From Felis catus (taxonomy: Eukaryota), in the NCBI RefSeq assembly GCF_018350175.1, contig NC_058373.1:115012001-115076000 (forward strand): a stretch of 64,000 nt of DNA. Direction: 5' to 3'. Within the stretch, counting starts at the first letter, position 1. Every line of letters begins with the position of its first letter. Under the pieces are notes generated by a model. The model saw only the letters and a list, made by a program, of their open reading frames with translations. It did not search any database and was not told the origin of the DNA. Both the position numbers and the translations under genes were made by a program. This document shows positions 57,062 through 64,000 of this stretch, piece after piece.

Positions 57062-57780
57062 TTTTTTGATGTGTATTTATTTTATTTTTGAGAGGCAGGG
57101 AGAAGGGCTAGGGAGAGAGAGAGGAAGAGAGAGAATCCCAAGCAGCCTCCTCCCCCAGGAGGGTCCCCTTTAAAAAATATCTTTTCCGGGGGCATATGGG
57201 TGGCTCAGTTAAGCATCTGACTCTTCATTTCAGTTCAGGTGTTTGTGAGTTCAAGCCCCGCGTCGGACTCTGTGCTGACAGCTCAGAGCCTGGAACCTGT
57301 TTCAGATGCTGTGTCTCCCTCTCTCATTGCTCCTCCCCTGCTCATGCTCTCTCTCTCTCTCAAAAATAAATAAGCATTTAAAAAGTTTTTTAAACATATC
57401 TTTTCCTGGGCACCTGGGTGGCTCAGTCAGTTAAGCATCCGACTCTTGATTTTGGCTCAGGTCATGATCTCACGATTTGTGAGTTTGAGTACCATGTCAA
57501 GCTCTGTGCTGCGAAAATAAATACATTTTAAAAATTAAAAAAAAAAAAAATCTTTCCCAGGCACCTGGGTGGCTCAGTCGGTTTAAGTGTCCAACTTCGG
57601 CTCAGGTCATGATCTCTTGGTTCGTGAGTTTGCACCCCATATCGGGCTGTCTGCTGTCAGCACAGAACCTGCTTTGGATCCTCTGTCTCCCTATCTCTCT
57701 GTCCCTCCCCCACTGGTTCTCTCTCTCTCAAAATAAATAAACTTTATTAAAAAAATAAATGAAATAAAAATATTAAAAAA
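57062..57780. mobile_element. SINE cluster: one partial antisense copy (57062-57150) and three head-to-tail sense copies (57188-57390, 57408-57550, 57559-57780)
   Basis: Three gggtggctcag heads, each preceded by an atcttt(t)cc target remnant. Confidence 0.88.
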
Positions 57781-57814
57781 AAATCTTTCCCACTGATTCC
57801 CAAGAAGTGACAGA

Positions 57815-58030
57815 ACATACTGGTTAGGAGCATTTGCTATAAAGTCAGACACAGTCCAGGTCCGATTATGCCCAATACTAGCTGTGTGACCTTGGGCAAG
57901 TCACTGAAACTCGGTACCTCAGTTTTCTCATCTGTAAAACAGGGGAAATAATAGTACCTACCTCATAGAGACCTGGTGAGGACTAGGTGCTTAAAACAGT
58001 TGCACAGTGTAAGTGCTCGGTATGCTTTAG
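57815..58030 (+). mobile_element. MIR element (one of many MIR remnants in the window)
   Basis: MIR core agctgtgtgaccttgggcaagtcact...cctcagttttctcatctgtaaaa...aataatagtacctacctcatag. Confidence 0.85.
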
Positions 58031-59222
58031 TTATCACTACCTGTAATCCCGGCATTTGCAAATTGTTCATGTCGGCTATGCATTTTGCTCACCCTGCAAG
58101 TACTTGTCAAACAAGCAGATGTTCCTGAGGCACGCTGTGCCTGCTCTACTATTTTTCTGAGGGCTCGGAAGGACTCTAAGGCCCACAGGGGTCTCCCTCT
58201 AGGGTGTCCAAGGGCAGAAGAAAGGTGACAAAGCAGGAGGGCACCCCAGTTCCTGATGCACGAGAGCCAGCAAGGGCCACTCAGTCAGTGCCCTGATATA
58301 CGTCCAGGACAGGGACTCAACTTGTACAAGCCCAGTCCTGCAGCTGTCCTCCAGGTGGCTGTCTGCAGGGCCAGTGGGGCAGGGAAGGATAGCATTTTCT
58401 GGGCCTTCTTAGGAAAAACCATTTGTTGAGGATGATGCAATGCTAAGGCACCCAGCTCTTTCCTTCTGCTCCCACATCTGTTCCTACAATGAGCCCATCA
58501 GCACTTCCCCAGGCTGGGCTTGTCCCAGACCCTGTCTCTCATTCCCATGTGACCGTAGCAGAGACAGTGGCGTATCCCAGAATTTCTGCCAGTACCAGTG
58601 TGCCTCCCACAACCTCCTCCATGTGGTTCTGCTAAAGATACGACTGTAGAATTTGGCACCACGACAGGAACATCCTTTTCCCCCATTTTAAAACATTCTG
58701 TCATCTTAGCCATCATTTAGGAAGCCTTAAAATAAAATTTTGAGAATTACCATCAGATGTCAATTTTATTGCCAAACGTTTGGTAAACAAGGTAATCCCT
58801 CCCACCCCGACCCCAGGCTACAGCACATTATGGGGGAACAATTATCCCAGAGCCCCTTCCTTTGGATCGTTTGGGGGATTGCCGAACAGCAAGGGATACA
58901 GACAACTGCAAAGGGCTACCATCAAAGCCTGGCGTCCACCAGAACGACCTGGCTGACGTGCAGTCTACCTCATTCCTTCCTTCTCTACCCTCCCAAGTTC
59001 AGAATAACAATATCCACGAATTGAGTGCTATTTCCCAGGGACTGTGCTGCTTTCCAAGCATCAACTCATTTAACAACTGCCTACCATGTGGGATCTATTG
59101 TCCTCCTTTTATAGATAACAAGAGGGGCCCATGGAGTAGTAGGTAACAGCTGGAAAAAGTCAAGATACTTGCTTCTTTGCCAAACTCTTTGCCTTGAAGG
59201 TATGGTAGCCACATCTGTAGGA

Positions 59223-59253
<31 letters not shown>

Positions 59254-59276
59254 TGTGTGTGTGTGCATACACACAC
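59223..59276. repeat. (TG)n microsatellite
   Basis: Seen directly. Confidence 0.93.
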
Positions 59277-62200
59277 TCAAACCCAGAAGCAGATATGGAC
59301 CTACTGTCTTTCTGACAGTCTTGTGAAGTGTGCAAATGTCTGACACAAAAACATGCCATCAATACTGTGCTAGTGGAGAGGAAGAAAGGCATGAACACTT
59401 CAAAATGGCAGGTTAATTTAAAAATCACTTCACACTATTGTTTGTGCTCATGTGGGACGTGACAGTATTTGATGAGTCAGGAAGTAACAAGGATCACTAC
59501 TGTTCCTCAAAAGGAAACCACCCTCCCCTTCTATACCCTAACATGTGATACTAACTCCACTCCACCCTCTGTCCCAGCCCTGACTTAGGGGAAGCCAAAG
59601 CACCAGGGCCCAGTATGAAGGGGCATGTGAAGGGATGTATGGGGCTGGGAGGAGGTGCGTATACACAGAGCACCAGAGCTCCATGGAACAGAGTACATAG
59701 GTGAGCAGGCCTGGTGCTCTTCCACAGAGTCATGTAATTAAAGCACGTGATGGGTCGTAATCCTGCAGGTGCCGCACCAGACACCCGAAGCCAAATGCAC
59801 CACATATAAGACCTCAACAACATTTCTAGAACTGAGAGTTATCCGCTGGGTCCCTGAAAGCCGCGTTCCAGGTTCTGTCAAGAAATGCCAGGTTTCTTTA
59901 TGCTCACCTGCCAAATGTTTCCCTGGGACGTGCAGAGCGGAGCTGCCGTTCAGGTCCACGTAGCAACCTGTGGGGAACCTCAATCACCCGGAAGTCTTAA
60001 GAAATAGGATATTCGCTTCACTAAGCTTTCTCATCAATTTAGTATTGATCAGAAATCTTGTTGGAACATTGAAACTGGAAGCGCTTCTGAAAGGTTGAGT
60101 TTCTTGTCTTTGCGCAGTTGAACGATGAAGCTGGTACCCTGTTTTAGTGATCTGGGACTCTGCATAGCCTGAGGCTCATTCTCTAGGTTGACAATAATGA
60201 CCATTTTTTCAACGGTCATTATTTATTCTGCCTCTGTTAACATCACGACAAATAACACCCTTGAAGGTATAGTCTCTTTACTGGAATTTAAAGCTGATTA
60301 AGTACATGACCTTATGCATTTGACCTGATTAATCAAGGCTCCTGATTAATCAAGGGAAAGAGAACAACAGTGACTGAATGATGATTGGTTGGCAGATGGT
60401 GTCTCCCTAGGAAACTGGAAGGCTTGAAGTTAGTGCTTCAAGGCAAGACCTGCCTGTGGATGGATATCAGGGTGGGAAGGAAGGTAAGCCCAATGGGTAA
60501 ATATAGATGTCTGCTCAGGACAATGAAGCAAAAATGGTCCCCAAGGTCAATGACCAGACTTTGTCTTCCCAGTATCAAAAGAAGTGCCTGACACAGCAGA
60601 TGTTCGATACAAATTCATCAAAAGTATGGAGGCCTGCCCACCCGATCTATTCTTCATAGATTTCCTTAGAACCGTGAAGTGTTGATTGATCTACCATCCA
60701 CCCACTGTCTATCCCTCTCTCCATCTAGTCTTTATGTGCTTACTATACGTGAAGTGCTAAACTGTAAGCTATAGGGGATTTGACAGTAAACAATATACAG
60801 CCCCTGATACAAAGTCAGGCACCCCTTTGTTTCAATGGACTTTTTAAAGGAGAGGGAACGATAACTGGTGGACTTCATAGAGTGGCCTGAACATAAACCG
60901 CATTCTCATATGCCAGCCCTACTCCATACACTCTTCACCTTTGGCGAATCCTGGTTACTGCTCCCTTGAAGGTTCAGTCTGTGAGCTTCTGAAGGGAAAC
61001 TTCCATCTTCCTGTCCAGATGTGAAGGCATTGGTCACTGCCTGAGCAGGACACTGGGCTAGCTTCACTGATGAGTCCATCCAAAACAGTTTCGTCTTGCT
61101 TGCTTCCTTGGTAATGGACCAAACCAAAGTTTCTTCCAACCCTTCTCATCCCTCCTTACTCCACTTCACGTTCTCTCTTTTCAGAGCCGGAGGACGCTCC
61201 GAGAGGGCAAATGTGAAGGTCTGAGGCCACTTCAGGCCTGCAATCTTCCAGATGGTAGGAAAACGTCCAGCATGGCACTCTGAGGCAAATTCCGGGCACT
61301 TGTTAGGATGTTTACATCAAGAGAAGTAAGGCTTTCTTCACCCACCAGCCCCACTGCCCCACACTCCTCCAATTTTCCCTTGCTGTATTTCAGAAAAAAA
61401 GACACTTCTCTCTGGTGTCACTTTAAAGAGAAGAATATAAATAAAGGGCCCAACAAAGGATTCTGGAAATCACTCCTCCTCAAAGGGCAACAGGACCACT
61501 TATTCTAAATACAGAGATGGATCTATATTCTACAGACAGAGTGGTCTGAAATTTGGAAGAACCATTCTTTACCATTACTAGGTTTGGCTTCTGTTTTTGA
61601 TTTAATTTTATTTAGCTTTATGGATTTTTTTTTTAATCCAAAGGGTTTTTTTTCTCCTTTACACAGTGTTTTTCTCTAAGTGCAAACCTCTAATTTGGTG
61701 ACATTCAGACCTGGGCCTTTGCATCACATGTGACACTATGAGCTGCAATGTGCTTTTTTTTTTTTTTTTTTTCTTGAAGGACTCTTTATTTTCTTAAAGT
61801 TCTTATTTAAATTCCAGTTAGCTGTAATGGGGCTTTTGAGACCATTCCTTTCTGCCCCAGATCGCAACAGTACATTGTACTCTCTGGGCACGGTACAGTC
61901 AGAGGATCCTTTCTGTTTATGGCAATTGCACCTGCACTTCTAAAGTCATAGAACTGAGAGACCGCTTTGACTCTGATTCATCTTCACAGTGCTGAGGAGG
62001 GCCAAAGACACGACTCCCTCTCCACAGGTGGGGAAACCAAGGCACAGAGAGATGATCTACCCAAAGTCACTCAGTAAGTCGGAAAACAAACTGAACAAAG
62101 GGCGAGGTAAGATCGCCTGTGTACCTTTCAGTGTCTCATCCACAAAACCAGACTGTGTCCTTCTCGAGTGAATGTACGTACTTGAGAAGAAAGGAGTTTT

Positions 62201-63616
62201 AGGTGGAACTTTCTATTAAGGTTGCAAAAGCTCTCTAGGAAATCAGGGGCCACAAGGTAAGAACCAGTAAGTATCCAGTTACCCCTTTAGTTAAATGCCC
62301 CTGACTCACAGACAATGCCAATTGTTATAGCTAGCTACTGATAACCTGGTTACCGACAAGAAAATTTGAGGGAAAAATCCACCCCTACCAGAAATAAACC
62401 TTGGCACAGCTCTCTTCCCGGTGTTACACCTGAAGTGTAACACACAAGTACTGCTCCCTTCTACACAATGCTTTTGTATCTGCTGGCATGCAGTTGGGGG
62501 TGGGGTGGGGTACAGACGGAGTGTGTGTATATGTGTGTGTGTAATATCAGACATTTTAGGGACAATTCTGCCCAGCAGAATATACATGAAATATGTCCAA
62601 TATAGTAGTTCTCTACCCTGTTTCTTACTTTTGTTTGTTTTTGGTTTTTTGGTAACTTTTATTTCCTGGTCCAGATTTAATGAAAAAAGTAACGTTTTCT
62701 GTGATGAAGGCAAGAGTTAATGGGTAGATATGGCCGGCGGCTGATTTCGGCTTCACGGAAAGGAAGCACTCTAAGGGTTAAAGTAGCCTGAAGACAACTG
62801 GATGGGAATTTGTTAGACTTGCAAGTATTTTCTCCCAGAAGCTAAATGATCATCTGTCCTGACGCGCCCGGCCCCCTCCAACACCAGGAATCCATATTCC
62901 CAGAAACCAGCTAGGCCAACAGCAGCCCTCCTGCCTCCCTACTCCAGGTCAAGAAAGGCACAAAGAAGACCAACAAATAATACTGAGGCGGTGCTTTGGG
63001 TCTGGAAGACCTTGAGGTACCTGGAAAAGAGTACTGATGGCCCCATCTGGCCAATGGGAAAGGTGAGGCACGGAGAGACTGATTAAACACTTTAAGTCAC
63101 AAGCGAGAGAGAACCAGGAACTTAAGGGGGGGGGGTGAGGGGGACATTCTCTTTTTCTTCTGTGGGGGAGGACGAGGGGGAAACATACCACCAACAATAG
63201 CAAACACAAACTCTCAACAGCAAAGCGGCAGGATCCCAGCCACCCCAGGAGATCACCCTCTGAGCAGCTGTGAGGATTCCTCCGCAGAGGAAATCCTAGC
63301 TCCAGACTCGCTGCGCCCACCCTCGGGGCTGCATCCAGGGCTGGAGATTGAGGCAGGATTGGCCTGGGCAGGCACATAAGGTAGCTCTGCTTCTTAAGGC
63401 ATGGCTGCTGTCTTTCGAGGAATGGGCTCACATCCGCGTTGGGAGGTGGGCGTCAGACCGCTGCCTCCCCTGAAACTACCCTGCAAGAAAGCATCATTTG
63501 GTGGAACACTGCTGCCTAGGGAACTCATCTCCCCCGGGGCTGGGGGCTTCCACTAAAGCCAAAACAGCGTCACCAAGCCAACCGACAACACATTTCTTGT
63601 GTCCCTTGGAAGAATA

Positions 63617-63619
<3 letters not shown>

Positions 63620-63665
<46 letters not shown>
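63620..63665. repeat. (GA)n microsatellite
   Basis: Seen directly. Confidence 0.95.
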
Positions 63666-63670
<5 letters not shown>

Positions 63671-64000
63671 AAGACACAAATGAATCATAAATTTGCAGAT
63701 GATTGTCTAACTAGAAAGCCAAGGGGAATCAACCAAAAAACTACCAGAACTAAGATCAGAATTTGCTCAAGTGGCAGATTAAAAGTCAAGCATACAAAGA
63801 ACCCATCGCTTTTGGGGTCACTTGGTGTGGCCTAACACGCTGGAAGAGCTGTGCTTTTCTGCGTGGCCTCCACGCTTTGTGCAACTTGCTAGATTTAAAA
63901 AGATGGAGGCGAGCCGAGGGGATGCCTCCTCCGCTGTCACCTCAGACACCAATGTGCGACAGGTGCCTGGGCTCACTGCTGCAGAAGGGGCGGTCACTCC

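Noticed and set aside
61067..61095. CTGATGAGTCC, resembling a hammerhead ribozyme core
   Set aside because: There is no closing GGAC-GAAA on the same strand; GACGAAAC occurs only on the opposite strand, so the core cannot form.

Overview
Mammalian genomic DNA from a felid, most likely the domestic cat or a close relative, judged from about 25 carnivore tRNA-derived SINEs of the feline SINEC_Fc type and felid-type L1 3' ends. The window holds one complete protein-coding gene on the + strand, PLEKHD1 (PH domain plus coiled coil). Its 13 coding exons run from ATG 6116 to TGA 35057, all introns are GT-AG and phase-compatible, and the CDS is 1521 nt (506 aa). The gene has a CpG-island promoter with CCAAT and GC boxes, a second CpG island over exons 10-13, and a 3' UTR of about 1.9 kb ending at an AATAAA/ATTAAA pair near 36970-37000. 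The rest is intronic or intergenic: SINEs, L1, L2, MIR, MLT1 LTRs, hAT and Tc2 DNA-transposon fossils, and simple repeats. The last 1.4 kb may be the 3' UTR of a convergent neighbouring gene (CCDC177 by recalled synteny; not confirmed). I found no evidence for a new multi-gene biological system. The most notable oddities are two independent L1 insertions truncated at almost the same nucleotide, repeated re-use of single retrotransposon target sites, an apparent templated insertion inside a polypyrimidine tract, an in-frame exon 12 with no polypyrimidine tract, and an intergenic RFX X-box plus TATA. Repeat family names come from recalled consensus resemblance, and repeat boundaries are approximate.
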